A DNA stretch of 64,000 nucleotides from Hypanus sabinus (taxonomy: Eukaryota), in assembly GCF_030144855.1 (NCBI RefSeq), contig NC_082721.1, forward strand, positions 43,710,001-43,774,000. Direction: 5' to 3'. Made by a program: the position numbers and the translations under genes. Positions 63,903 through 64,000 of the stretch are shown piece by piece. The first letter of the stretch is position 1; each line of letters begins with the position of its first letter. The notes below the pieces were generated by a model, which was not told where the DNA came from, searched no databases, and worked only from the letters and a program-made list of their open reading frames with translations.

Positions 63903-64000
63903 TGTTACGAATGAAGGGAGCAAAGTCGCCCCCCCCCCGTCTTTTTAAGAATCGCAAAATCGCTATTATTTCGGGTCTGAGACCCAGGAAATGAGAGAGG
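63903..64000. mobile_element. Possible start of an LTR running off the window
   Basis: Abrupt switch from the RTE remnant to TGTTACG... CpG-richer sequence; too short to confirm. Confidence 0.3.

Noticed and set aside
1-64000. rRNA, tRNA, CRISPR arrays or prokaryotic operons
   Set aside because: None seen; the tRNA-like boxes belong to SINE heads and the tandem repeats lack a repeat-spacer structure.

Overview
Eukaryotic genomic DNA from a cartilaginous fish (probably a ray; inferred from the Ig cluster organisation and the repeat families), mostly decayed transposons. It holds two same-orientation (minus-strand) immunoglobulin light-chain clusters about 55.4 kb apart. Their V and C motifs fit the sigma (type IV / teleost L2) isotype. 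In both, V and J are already fused in frame in the genome, with no RSS, while the leader and J-C introns are retained. Cluster 2 is complete (promoter, leader, VJ, C, polyA; 52938-56266). Its V has a 5-nt deletion that removes the first Cys, but its C exon and octamer promoter are intact. Cluster 1 (233-847; C exon left of the window) has two 1-nt deletions, Cys23->Tyr and a mutated octamer. Between the clusters, on the plus strand, a chain of six small phase-compatible exons (15161-20873) predicts an unrecognised ~105-aa type III membrane protein resembling leukocyte transmembrane adaptors. The remainder is nested CR1, L1/Tx1, Rex1/Babar, R4/Rex6, RTE, Penelope, Ty3/Gypsy, Tc1/mariner and SINE copies. 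All calls are by eye and from recalled family motifs; no database search was run.
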